Shown in pieces: positions 32,756 through 42,525 of a stretch of 64,000 nucleotides of DNA. Numbering within the stretch: position 1 is the stretch's first letter; each line of letters opens with the position of its first letter. A program made the translations under genes and the position numbers. Source of the DNA: an uncultured delta proteobacterium (GTDB lineage Bacteria; Desulfobacterota; Binatia; UBA9968); contig CAWJZV010000017.1 of assembly GCA_963847445.1 (NCBI GenBank), positions 1-64,000 on the forward strand, read 5' to 3'. The notes below the pieces were generated by a model, which saw only the letters and a list, made by a program, of their open reading frames with translations, searched no databases and was not told where the DNA came from.

Positions 32756-32894
32756 CCGTCCTTTTGGTCGAAAGGATCGATGGTTGTGCCGAGCGTTCTT
32801 TTATCTCCATATGTGATGCGCCGGTAATCCGCATCCAATTGAAAACGGCGCTTTCGCTCCCGCTCCGGTGTGGCATCGATAGTGTCGATAGTGC
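32756..32894 (+). promoter_or_regulatory. Enhancer motif 3 + sigma54 promoter disrupted by a 9-bp duplication
   Basis: CCGTC cttttg GTCGA aagga TCGAT ggttgt GCCGA; TGGCA-tcgatagtg-tcgatagtg-C at 32871. Confidence 0.6.
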
Positions 32895-32959
32895 CATAGT
32901 GCAGTAGATTGATGACGTAGGATACGAAATCAGCAAACAGCAAACGAGGAGAAACGATT

Positions 32960-33310
32960 ATGGTTGGATCATCAATGAACAAATCGCCGATGCTTTTACT
33001 GGTCGGCACTCTTATGGTCGCCGGATGCGCTGGCGGATCACTGACAACCCGTGAAAAGGGCGCCGGGATCGGTGCTGTCGGCGGCGCGGTTGCGGGCGGA
33101 CTCATTGGCGCCGCAGTCGGCCATCCAGGCGCCGGGGCGGCGATAGGTGGTGGTTTGGGCTTGGGCGCGGGTGTTTTGGTGGGTGACCAGATGCAGGGCC
33201 AAGGAAACCAGAACTCCACGCAAGACGAGAATATCCGGCAAAACCAACTGGAAATAGATCGTCAGCAAAGGGAGCTTGAGCGGCTGCGAAGAGAGCGCGC
33301 AGAGTATTAA
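32960..33310 (+). CDS. Glycine-zipper lipoprotein
   Basis: Lipobox VAGC; REKGAGIGAVGGAVAGGLIGAAVG. Confidence 0.85.
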   Translation: MVGSSMNKSPMLLLVGTLMVAGCAGGSLTTREKGAGIGAVGGAVAGGLIGAAVGHPGAGAAIGGGLGLGAGVLVGDQMQGQGNQNSTQDENIRQNQLEIDRQQRELERLRRERAEY

Positions 33311-33519
33311 AGATTTCAGCCGATCCTCAATATCAATGGGAGACTACGATAGGCACGATATGACTATGCTGTCGGTGCATGATCCATCGGTTACGAGACC
33401 ACGGACCTGAACGGCGGCGCCAACTTGCCGATCGTAGCACCACAATAAGAATTTAGCGGCTCATTGCTATCGGCGCCTGTCAGGGCGCTCTCCCTGTATT
33501 ATCGGGTTTTTTACCGGCG

Positions 33520-34668
33520 ATGGAAGTACAGACTCATAGTGACGATACGTCAGAGGTTTCACTCGAGACTGAGGGTGATGCCACGCTCGTCGTGCAACTG
33601 TCAGGCGCCTGGCGACTGCAAAAGAGCGCCGCCTCTGCCGGCCAGGTGCAAAAAGCGCTCGAGAGTTCGCATATTCGCAGGGTTCGCTTCGAGGCAAAAG
33701 CTCTCTCATCTTGGGACAGCAGCATCCTGATGTTTTTGATGAAAGTGATCGAGCTCTGCCGCCAGCAGGACATAGTCACCGAGCGCGAAGGATTGCCGGA
33801 CGGCATTCGCCGTCTGCTTGAACTCGCTGAGATAGCACCGGAGCAGGAAGGCGCCAGACCGGCGGCGGATGCGCAGTCTTTTTTGGCACAGGTCGGTACC
33901 ACCTCGACGGGGTTTTACCTCTCTTTGTCAGAGATGCTGCACTTTCTCGGCGAGGTGACGTTGGCGTTCGTCAAGCTGGTCAGGATGCGGGCGCGCTACC
34001 GGAGCGCCGATCTATTTCTAATTATCCAAGAATGCGGCCCGCAAGCGCTGCCGATCGTCACGCTCATCAGCTTTTTAGTAGGCGTTATCATGGCATTTGT
34101 CGGCGCTGTTCAGCTTCAGCAATTCGGCGCCCAGCTCTATGTGGCGGACCTCGTCGGCATCGCCGTCGTCCGCGATATGGGCGCCATGATGACCGGGATC
34201 ATCATGGCGGGCCGGACCGGCGCCGCGTTCGCAGCCAAGCTCGGCACCATGAAGGTGACTCAGGAAATCGACGCATTGATCACGCTGGGATTCTCACCGC
34301 TGGAATTTTTGGTGTTGCCGCGCGTGATCGCGCTGTGCCTGATGATGCCTTTGTTGTGTCTGTACTCCGACCTGCTGGGAATCCTGGGCGGCGCCGCGGT
34401 GGGGCTGTGGATGCTCGACCTTTCGTGGACCACCTATTACCACCAAACGGTAAATGCGATCAGCCTAACGGCGCTGTTCGGCGGCGTCTTTAAAAGCGTG
34501 ACTTACGGCGTGCTGATCGCTCTTTCGGGATGTCTGCGCGGCATCCAGTGTGGTGGCAGCGCTTCGGCTGTTGGCGAGGCCGCGACTTCCGCCGTGGTCA
34601 CGAGCATCGTCTTCATCGTCGCGGCTTGCGGCGCTTTGTCCGTGATATTTTATATCATTGGGGTTTGA
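33520..34668 (+). CDS. mlaE: MlaE family permease with STAS-like N-terminus
   Basis: AGRTGAAFAAKLGTMKVTQEIDAL, VLPRVIA. Confidence 0.9.
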   Translation: MEVQTHSDDTSEVSLETEGDATLVVQLSGAWRLQKSAASAGQVQKALESSHIRRVRFEAKALSSWDSSILMFLMKVIELCRQQDIVTEREGLPDGIRRLLELAEIAPEQEGARPAADAQSFLAQVGTTSTGFYLSLSEMLHFLGEVTLAFVKLVRMRARYRSADLFLIIQECGPQALPIVTLISFLVGVIMAFVGAVQLQQFGAQLYVADLVGIAVVRDMGAMMTGIIMAGRTGAAFAAKLGTMKVTQEIDALITLGFSPLEFLVLPRVIALCLMMPLLCLYSDLLGILGGAAVGLWMLDLSWTTYYHQTVNAISLTALFGGVFKSVTYGVLIALSGCLRGIQCGGSASAVGEAATSAVVTSIVFIVAACGALSVIFYIIGV

Positions 34669-34669
34669 C

Positions 34670-35458
34670 ATGAAGAGTGAAAGTCCAAACGAAATCGCCG
34701 CCGAAGCGCAAATTACCGTGCGCAATCTTACCCTGGCCTATGGCTCCTTCGTCTTGATGCGCGATCTCAACTTTACGGTTAAGCGGGGAGACGTGTTCAT
34801 CATCATGGGCGCTAGCGGCTGTGGCAAGAGCACGTTGCTGCGCAACATGATCGGTCTGATCGAACCGACGGAGGGAGAGATTTTCTACGATAAGGCGAAT
34901 TTTACCCGCGCCGATGCGGAGGCGCGGCGGAGCTTTTTTCGCCGCTTCGGCGTCTTGTATCAAAGCGGTGGTCTTTGGAGTTCCTTGACTCTGGCCGAAA
35001 ACGTCGCGCTGCCGCTGGAAGAATACACCGATCTAAGTCCGGTCGAGATCCGCGAGATCGCGACTTTCAAGCTTGCCCTGGTCGGCCTTAGCGGATTTGA
35101 AGATTATTACCCGTCGCAGATCAGCGGCGGCATGCAGAAACGTCTGGGATTGGCCCGCGCCATCGCGCTCGACCCCGAGGTGCTGTTCTTTGATGAGCCT
35201 TCGGCAGGGCTCGATCCCATCAGTTCGCGCCGGCTCGACGACTTGATCTTGGCTTTGCGCGATAGCATGGGCGCGACGGTGGTTGCAGTAACCCACGAGT
35301 TGCCAAGTATTTTTGCCATCGGCAATAACAGTATTTTTCTCGATGCTGAAAGCAAGACCGCGATCGCGAGCGGCGACCCCAAGGAGCTGCTCGCCCACAG
35401 TCAGAACGCCAAGGTGCGAGAATTTCTCACTCGCGGAGAAGGGCGGCCTGGTGAGTAA
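34670..35458 (+). CDS. mlaF: MlaF family ABC ATPase
   Basis: GASGCGKS, ISGGMQKR, DEPSAGLDP. Confidence 0.9.
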   Translation: MKSESPNEIAAEAQITVRNLTLAYGSFVLMRDLNFTVKRGDVFIIMGASGCGKSTLLRNMIGLIEPTEGEIFYDKANFTRADAEARRSFFRRFGVLYQSGGLWSSLTLAENVALPLEEYTDLSPVEIREIATFKLALVGLSGFEDYYPSQISGGMQKRLGLARAIALDPEVLFFDEPSAGLDPISSRRLDDLILALRDSMGATVVAVTHELPSIFAIGNNSIFLDAESKTAIASGDPKELLAHSQNAKVREFLTRGEGRPGE

Positions 35459-36455
35459 AAAAGCTAATCCGACACTCATCGGAGCCTTCGTGGTCGGCGC
35501 CATCGTTTTGGTTGTTGGCGCGGTCGCGATCATTGGCTCGGGACGGCTGTTCCGCAAAACCCACGAGTTTGTGCTCTACTTCGAAGGCTCGGTAAGCGGC
35601 CTAAGAGAAGGCGCTCCGGTGAAGTACAAGGGCGTCGAAATCGGTTCCATTACCAATATCCTGCTGCAACTCGATGAGCCTGCGGAGGTCAACCGAATTC
35701 CGGTAATTATCAAACTCGATGCCGATAAGGTCAGCGGCCGAGAAGTCGGCGGCAGTCTGACAGACCCGGCCGGGCTCAAGGCAGCAATTGACCGGGGACT
35801 GCGCGGGCAATTGCAGACGGAGAGTATCGTTACCGGTGTGCTGTTCGTGGCGCTCGATCTCGTTCCTGATAGCCCGGCAAAGTTCGTTCAGCCGCCAGGC
35901 TCCCGGTACCAGGAAATCCCCACCATCACGACGACGCTGCAAAAAGCGCAAGATATCCTCGGCCAGCTGCTTACCAAGTTCGATGACGTTGATTTCAAAG
36001 CGCTGCTGACCTCCAGTGCCGACGCAGTTAAGACTCTAGGCGACCTGGTAAAAAACAAAGACCTGCAAGAAGCCTTTGCCGGGGTCAATCGGTTAGTCAA
36101 TATGCCGGAGTTGCATGCGTCCATCCGCTCGCTTGATCAAACCGTGGTTAAAATCAGCCAAGCCGCGGACGGTGTGCAAAAGGTTGCCGGCAGTCTTGAT
36201 CGCAGCGTGGCCACGCTCTCGGTCGATTTGAAAGAGACCCTGACCGGCGTGCGTGACGCGGTCAAGCAGATCCAGGCCACCGTGGCGAACGTAGATGGCT
36301 TCGTCGACCCTAACTCGCCGACCTCTTATGAATTGACCAAGGCTTTGAAAGAGCTTTCCGGCGCGGCACGGTCGCTCAGATTAATGGCCGATTTTCTCGA
36401 ACGAAATCCTCGGGCACTCTTGTTCGGTAGACCGGAAAGCGAGAAGAAACCATGA
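35451..36455 (+). CDS. mlaD: MlaD/MCE protein (PqiB-like)
   Basis: IGAFVVGA, SVSGLREGAPVKYKGVEIG, LERNPRALLFG. Confidence 0.85.
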   Translation: MSKKANPTLIGAFVVGAIVLVVGAVAIIGSGRLFRKTHEFVLYFEGSVSGLREGAPVKYKGVEIGSITNILLQLDEPAEVNRIPVIIKLDADKVSGREVGGSLTDPAGLKAAIDRGLRGQLQTESIVTGVLFVALDLVPDSPAKFVQPPGSRYQEIPTITTTLQKAQDILGQLLTKFDDVDFKALLTSSADAVKTLGDLVKNKDLQEAFAGVNRLVNMPELHASIRSLDQTVVKISQAADGVQKVAGSLDRSVATLSVDLKETLTGVRDAVKQIQATVANVDGFVDPNSPTSYELTKALKELSGAARSLRLMADFLERNPRALLFGRPESEKKP

Positions 36456-37084
36456 GCGGGCGGGTGACACAGGTGCTGGCGATCGTCGCTGTGTGGGTTT
36501 GGTTCGGTGGTTGTGCCGCCTTTACCCCGCGAGCCGATCCGTCGAGTTTTTATATCCTTGGGTCCCTCCCCGAGGCGGACTTCGCGGCAGACAAGAACAC
36601 AGCCGGCATCAAAGCCAATTTTTCCGTAGGACTTGGCCCGATTGAATTACCCGGTTACCTAGACCGCCAACAGATCGCCACACGCACGTCGACGAATCGC
36701 TTGAGCTATTCGGAGACCGATCGTTGGGCCGCGCCGCTGAGCGAAAGCTTCAGCCGGGTTTTGGCGCAAAACATTGCGCAGCTCCTCACCCCCGCGCAAT
36801 TGAGCCAATTCCCCTGGCAGAGTAACGACACACCGGATTATCAGGTGAAGATCGAGGTGCTCCAATTCGAGGCCGACAGCAATCAGCAGGCTTGGCTGAG
36901 GGCGCGCTGGAGCGTGATCGGCAGAAACAAAAAGATTCTGATCAGCCAAAGATCGCAATTGAGTCGGCGCGCTGGATCGCCAGCCACCGAAGATTTCGTC
37001 AAGGCGTTGAGCGAGACCCTCGGGGACCTGAGCCGTGAGATAGTAAAGACTTTGCAGACTTTCGCGAAGCAGGAGAAATCCTAG
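36452..37084 (+). CDS. pqiC: PqiC-family ABC auxiliary lipoprotein
   Basis: LGPIELPGYLDRQQI, DRWAAPL. Confidence 0.85.
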   Translation: MSGRVTQVLAIVAVWVWFGGCAAFTPRADPSSFYILGSLPEADFAADKNTAGIKANFSVGLGPIELPGYLDRQQIATRTSTNRLSYSETDRWAAPLSESFSRVLAQNIAQLLTPAQLSQFPWQSNDTPDYQVKIEVLQFEADSNQQAWLRARWSVIGRNKKILISQRSQLSRRAGSPATEDFVKALSETLGDLSREIVKTLQTFAKQEKS

Positions 37085-37267
37085 ACCCCCAGCCAGTCTG
37101 GAAGAGTTAAATCGGCTTGAAAGTTTTTTCTTGAAATAAGCCCTTGGGAATGAAGTCCAGACTTTGTTGTAAGTGGGCGCAGCTTCACGAATTGAGATCG
37201 CCCCGGTTCGCTTCTTCTAACTGCGCGACTCATGGCAATCGAAGATAGGCGTGGTTTTCTATTGGTC

Positions 37268-37802
37268 CTATGGCAGTTCGAGTCGAACATTCGCGGTGCC
37301 CGAATCTATCATCTCCAAAACTTTCGCCGCCGCCTGCGATAGATCGATGATGCGATCTCCGGCAAAGGGTCCGCGATCGGTAATCTCAACTTCCACCGAT
37401 TTCCCATTGGCTAGATTCGTAACCTTTATCCTGCTACCGAAGGGCAGGCTGGGATGCGCGGCGGTAAGCCCCGCTTGATCATAAATCGTTCCGCTGGCCG
37501 TCTGCTTTCCTTGATGTTGCGCCCCATACCACGAAGCTTCGCCGGTTTGAGGTAATTTCGCAGCCACAGTGGGAGGTTTTTTTGGCGCCGCGCTCGGCGC
37601 AGGTTGGACTACCGACCGAAGTCTTGGGAGCGGTAGGTTGCGCCGGGGTTTCGGCCGGCGCGGCAATTTCCGGCGGACGTTGCAGCAAGGCGCAGCCCTG
37701 AAAAAGCCCAAGACCTAAACAGATTGCGAATAGTCGCAGGCGGCTATCGGAAAAACCCAGGAATACGAATCTGAGCAGCGAAAAAGAGAAATCATTAGCC
37801 AT
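37268..37802 (-). CDS. rlpA: RlpA family lipoprotein (frameshifted)
   Basis: GEASWYG..HQGKQTASG, TAAHPSLPFG, DRGPF..RIIDLS; lipobox FQGC in the upstream frame. Confidence 0.85.
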
Positions 37803-37983
37803 TGTAATAGATCCACTTCGACCGGTTAGATTTCCTATTGCAATGATTTGAGTTAGCAACCTGTAGTATGGCCTTTTCACCCCGCTTACAAGCGAAACTA
37901 CACTCGGAATCAACGAAACGCCCGACGAACGCAGATACCGGTGTGCCAGCCCGCGCGCTTGGCAATAAATGGTTTTTCACCAT

Positions 37984-37999
37984 TGTTCAGTTTTGGACA
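37984..37999. promoter_or_regulatory. Crp-family box (variant)
   Basis: TGTTC-agtttt-GGACA in a divergent intergenic region. Confidence 0.5.
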
Positions 38000-38087
38000 G
38001 CAACCGCTGCCGAGTCAGCGTAAGAATAGCATCGATAGGTCAAAGGTAAAGTATAGTGGTTGGGGCAAGAGAGAGAAGGATAAACAT

Positions 38088-38438
38088 ATGTTGGTATTAC
38101 TTGTGGCAGTTATCTCCGGGATCGCGATTGCTTACTTTGGAATGCAAAACATTAGCCCCGTTACGATCCGGCTCAATGAATTTGTTTGGAATGACGTCCC
38201 TTTGTATCTGGTGATCGTGGGCTCGTTGTTGGTCGGACTCTTCATGGCAGGGATTCTCTATTTTGCCAGGTCGGTTTCCTCGACGCTGACCATCTATGGA
38301 AAAGATCGCGCGATGAAAAAAACCAAACATACCGTAGCCGATCTGGAACAGCGGGTCCACGACCTCGAAGCGGAAAAGGCGCGACTCAATACCACACGAA
38401 CTTCTACGTCTGAAATCCCGCATCATACGCTGTCGTAA
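38088..38438 (+). CDS. LapA (DUF1049)-like membrane protein
   Basis: FGMQNISPVTI..VPLYLVI; coiled-coil C-terminus. Confidence 0.75.
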   Translation: MLVLLVAVISGIAIAYFGMQNISPVTIRLNEFVWNDVPLYLVIVGSLLVGLFMAGILYFARSVSSTLTIYGKDRAMKKTKHTVADLEQRVHDLEAEKARLNTTRTSTSEIPHHTLS

Positions 38439-38621
38439 GGGCAAGCCGGCCTCCGCGCCGATCGCCGCTTTTCCCGAGCGCGCGATAGCTGGTTCGATTA
38501 GAAACAATGATGTAGGGCCTTGCCTGTTTACCCACATCGCACAGAATCCCCTCGCGGAGCGCGGTCCGGCATAGGCCGGTCAACATTAAAATAGCCGGCG
38601 GTGGTTATACCTCGCTGAGTG

Positions 38622-39279
38622 TTACTGGAACCGCGCGCTATCGAGTCGGGCCAAACTCTCCAGCTTATGCACCCGTTCGTCATAACCGATCTGGCGGAAC
38701 AGATCGGCGAGACAAGCCGAACTTTCCGTAGTCCGCTTCGAACGCGCTGTCGAAGGGAACCTGTTCGAGGGCGGGATTCTCCGCAACGTAATTCATATAC
38801 TCGTGCTCGGCGTGATCTTCGAAGTGGGCATTCAGCAGATAGCTCCACCTGGGCCGGATCACATAGAGCAGCCAGGAAATATTGTAGTACAAAAAAGAAA
38901 TCACCTGAGGGATGAACCAGTGATGGAAAAAGCGTTCACGGATTCCGCTCTTATTCTTGAGTTCCTCCAGGATCAGCAGATGCCACTGCTCGTTGTCTTG
39001 TTGAGTCCGGCTCTCTCGGACCCAATCGAAGATGCGCCGGGCAAAAACAGGGTCGGCATGGGCATGGGTAATCGCGATATAGGCGACGTTCTCCCAGGCC
39101 TGGTAAGGCATCCGGGCAATGATCTCCAACACTCTAAATTTGGCAAGAGTTTTCGTGCGTCCGTACAGGAGGTCCATGGAAACGAACAGCAGGCGGGCGA
39201 GCAAACCATAGCGCATCCGTGGCGCGGCCAGGGTGTTTGCTTGCTCCAGCTTGAGCCGCTCAGAGGTTAGTCGCTCCAT
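38622..39279 (-). CDS. Alternative oxidase/PTOX-like diiron protein (frameshift near 38715)
   Basis: LEIIARMPY, DNEQWHL, FEDHAEHEY, and DERVH in the shifted frame. Confidence 0.8.
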
Positions 39280-39300
39280 CGTCGAATGCGCTCCTTTTCC

Positions 39301-39316
39301 GGTGAAATTTTAGACA
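39301..39316. promoter_or_regulatory. Crp-family box (variant) just upstream of the AOX-like gene
   Basis: GGTGA-aatttt-AGACA. Confidence 0.4.
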
Positions 39317-39560
39317 CTTTACTATCCGTGTAGTTTACTTTTGCCGGACTTTAATAGGCTTTTACCCGGTGCTGCGGAAGAAGCTTATCAGGCTTGCGAC
39401 AACAGTGATTCCACAGTCATCGATTTGGCTTCGTAACTGTGTCGTTTTGGCTTTCCGATCTTTTGCTCCTTTCGCCGTCGCAGCAGGAGCCCTAAGAATG
39501 TTTACAAACGTTTTCAGTCAAATCCTAGAGCCGTCAAATAATCGTTGATGCCGGTGTGGT

Positions 39561-39684
39561 TCGACCATTTGGTCGAAGCTCTCGACGCTTGTGACGAGCC
39601 GCAACTGCTCCATCGTGACAGCCTGAATAAATCTAAGGCAAATCCCGTGTGTTTCGCACTGGCGTGTCTGGCACACAACCTGCT
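39561..39684 (+). promoter_or_regulatory. Enhancer motif 4 + sigma54 promoter
   Basis: TCGAC catttg GTCGA agctc TCGAC gcttgt GACGA; TGGCACACAACCTGCT at 39669. Confidence 0.85.
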
Positions 39685-39792
39685 CTTACGTACGACAATG
39701 AGAACAGCGGATTCACTCAAAACTACAAAACTGATCCGCTCGCAGATAACGGCAATTCCTTGCCGCGAAAACAGAAGATAACCGGGGAAACA

Positions 39793-39933
39793 ATGAATTG
39801 TCCGCATTGCCAAAAAGAAGTTGTGCCTGAGTTTTACTGCATAAACTGTGGCTACGTACCACCCAGGATGCACGACCCCGAACCGATTAGTGGCAGCGAA
39901 CTTGAGATCCGCTTGAAACTCATTGAACGGTAA
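39793..39933 (+). CDS. Small zinc-ribbon protein (46 aa)
   Basis: MNCPHCQKEVVPEFYCINCGY. Confidence 0.6.
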   Translation: MNCPHCQKEVVPEFYCINCGYVPPRMHDPEPISGSELEIRLKLIER

Positions 39934-40028
39934 GGCAATAAGCGCGGTCTCCGTGCTGTCTCTGAGTAATGTTATGGGCGTCTGGCTCACCGGTAGATCC
40001 GATCACGCGAAAGAAAGGAATGACTGAC

Positions 40029-40103
40029 ATGAACAATCTGTTTTACATAGTGGGTGTAATTGTGGTGGTGGTTTTCGTTGCCGGGTTTTTAGGGCTCAGG
40101 TAA
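40029..40103 (+). CDS. 24-aa membrane peptide
   Basis: AAAGGA RBS; MNNLFYIVGVIVVVVFVAGFLGLR. Confidence 0.7.
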   Translation: MNNLFYIVGVIVVVVFVAGFLGLR

Positions 40104-40181
40104 GCCCAGCGCTTCTAAAGAGGAGCACGATGGTCGCGCGGCTCTCCACGGATGGGAAACCGCTTAATAACTTTGTTATGC

Positions 40182-40197
40182 GGTTCAGTATTGGACA
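40182..40197. promoter_or_regulatory. Crp-family box (variant)
   Basis: GGTTC-agtatt-GGACA upstream of 40316. Confidence 0.45.
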
Positions 40198-40315
40198 GTA
40201 GTCTCGGCGATTCATTGTAACTACGCTACACGGCCGACACGCCACCGTTAAGAACAAATTCGCATGAGTAGGTTTCGAGGATTAACGAATTATCAATTCA
40301 GAAATGGAGATACAG

Positions 40316-40907
40316 ATGGAAACGTTAGACACACAAACATGGATCATACTTGCAGCTGTTGTGGCCCTAGGATTGGTTGCACTTGGGGCCTGGTTCTTCT
40401 ACCAAAAAAAGCAATCCCATAAGCTGCAAGAACGCTTCGGCCCGGAATACGGCCGAACCGTCAACGAATTAGGCAGTCGAACCAAGGGCGAGTCGGATCT
40501 CAAGGCGCGCGAAAAGCGCGTCGAACGCCTCGATATCCTTGCTTTGGCACCGTCGGAAGCCGCCAGATTCACTGACGGCCTGGCAAGCATTACAGAGCCG
40601 ATTCGTCGATAACCCCAAGGGAGTGGTCGTGCAAGCGGAACAGCTGGTTCGTGAGTTGATGGAGAAGCGCGGTTACCCCATGGGTGATTTCGAGCGCCGT
40701 GCGGGCGACATTTCAGTCGACCATCCTGACGTTGTGGCAAATTACCGATCGGCGCAGGCCATCGCGGTGCGCGATCGGCAGGGCTCGGCGGACACCGAGG
40801 AGCTGCGCAAAGCGGTTGTCCATTATCGCGCGCTGTTCGATGAACTGCTCGAGGTGAGGGAAGCGAGGCAGGAGATTATCGCTGAGAAGCGCGTCGCGGC
40901 GCTATGA
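40316..40907 (+). CDS. Membrane-anchored hypothetical protein (frameshifted)
   Basis: LQERFGPEYGRTV..., QSRFVDNP, RGYP, TEELRKAVVHYRALFDELL. Confidence 0.75.
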
Positions 40908-40937
40908 TCAATTGGCGACCGTGAGGAATAAAACCAA

Positions 40938-41132
40938 ATGGAACGAATTCACAAGAAAAATGAAATCGTCGGCAACTCCGGCAAGAGTTTTGGCGAAGAC
41001 AGCCAATATCCCGTGGCGAAGGCTAGCGAGTCACAACCCCCTATAGACTGGTTCAAAATGGCCGAGCAGTCCATGCTGTTGTCCCGATTGCTGACAAATC
41101 AAAGAGGAAGATTAAATGGAACGAACTTATAA
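40938..41132 (+). pseudogene. Degenerate dodecin duplicate
   Basis: MERIHKKNEIVGNSGKSF...VAKASES..IDWF aligns to the adjacent dodecin, then diverges. Confidence 0.6.
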
Positions 41133-41331
41133 GAAAATTGAAATCGTCGGCATCTCTGAAACCAGTTTTGGCGAGGCCACGCAAAACGCCGTGGCCAAGG
41201 CCTGTCAGTCACTGCGCCATGTGGACTGGTTCGAAGTGACGGAAATGCGCGGGCTGGTTGAAAAGGACAAAGTCAAAGAATTTCAGGTCACCGTCAAGAT
41301 CGGGTTTCGGCTTGAAGATCAGCCGGCTTGA
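41116..41331 (+). CDS. Dodecin (flavin-binding)
   Basis: YKKIEIVGIS..SF..A..NAV, DWFEV..RG, FQVTVKIGFRLE. Confidence 0.9.
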   Translation: MERTYKKIEIVGISETSFGEATQNAVAKACQSLRHVDWFEVTEMRGLVEKDKVKEFQVTVKIGFRLEDQPA

Positions 41332-41577
41332 GCCCTAACGCGCCACAGCCAGGGGCAGAGGGGATTCTAATGTCGGAGAGAAACGAGACGTTTGTCGAAC
41401 GCTGCCGTGCGGCGATCGTCACGATTGCTGATTCGGCGGAGCTGGAACGGTATCTACGCGCAGCGGTGGCCGAGGAGTTTCCGCTGGTCAAGCCGGGCTT
41501 TAGCGCGAGCGAGCCAATGCCGATGTTACCACAGGCTCTCCGTGCATTACCTGAAGAAACTCTTCCTGGAGGAAATT

Positions 41578-42213
41578 ATGCCGCAGATTAATTCGACTCC
41601 TGGGATAGCAAACGTTCAGCGGAGTAGGGTTAGCGCGTTTGGCATTTTAGCCTTGTGGGCGTGCATTCTGCTGCCCGCGCCATCGCGCGCGGGCGACCCT
41701 ACTGAACAAGTGCGGAGCACAGTGGACAAGGTGCTGACCATTGTCAGGAATTCCCAGCCAACATCGAAAGCTCAATCGGAAGCGCAGCGGGCTCAATTGG
41801 TCGAGGTGATTTATCCCAGATTCGATTTTACGGAAATGGCCAAACGCTCGCTGGGCCGTCACTGGGCAGGCCGCACGCCGGAGGAGCAGAGCGAATTCGT
41901 CATAGTTTTCGCCGCGCTGATGGGCCGATCTTACGCCGATAATATAGAATCCGCTGCCAGTCCAAGTGTCCGCTACACGCGCGAAAGCGAAGATCGGAAC
42001 TATGCCCAAGTGGACACCGAGATCGTCACCGACAAGCGCCCGCCGGTAAGCATCAATTACAAACTCCACAGCGTCGATAAGCAGTGGAAAATCTATGACC
42101 TAGTGATCGAAGATATCAGCGTGGTCAACAACTACCGGTCGCAGTTCGATCGGGTCATCGAACGATCGTCTTTCGCGGAACTCGTGCGTTCGATGAAGGA
42201 AAAACAATCGTAG
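41578..42213 (+). CDS. mlaC: MlaC/Ttg2D phospholipid-binding protein
   Basis: FDFTEMAKRSLGRHW, WKIYDLVIEDISVVNNYRSQF. Confidence 0.85.
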   Translation: MPQINSTPGIANVQRSRVSAFGILALWACILLPAPSRAGDPTEQVRSTVDKVLTIVRNSQPTSKAQSEAQRAQLVEVIYPRFDFTEMAKRSLGRHWAGRTPEEQSEFVIVFAALMGRSYADNIESAASPSVRYTRESEDRNYAQVDTEIVTDKRPPVSINYKLHSVDKQWKIYDLVIEDISVVNNYRSQFDRVIERSSFAELVRSMKEKQS

Positions 42214-42358
42214 CCGGCAAAAACCCCGCGTTGAGACCCGGCGGGCGAGGCCGCCGGCAATCGCGACGGTCCACAGGTCGCAGAACGCCAAATGCGTCTG
42301 TGTACAACATACCTATAGCCGCTCTTGTTTCAGCGGCAAGAAAATCAAGCAGTCTAAT

Positions 42359-42483
42359 CCGACCCTTTGGTCGAAGCTCTCGACGCTGGCGTCGTGGCTG
42401 CGCGCCGATTCACCGCGATACCTGTCTTAATGTTTGAGGAAAGTCGCCTTGGTCTGGCGCCAAGATGCGGCACAACAGTTGCG
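42359..42483 (+). promoter_or_regulatory. Enhancer motif 5 + sigma54 promoter
   Basis: CCGAC cctttg GTCGA agctc TCGAC gctggc GTCGT; CGGCACAACAGTTGCG at 42468. Confidence 0.85.
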
Positions 42484-42525
42484 CTATAGGTAGTTTAGTA
42501 AAAATTTCAGTGGAGGAAAATAGTT

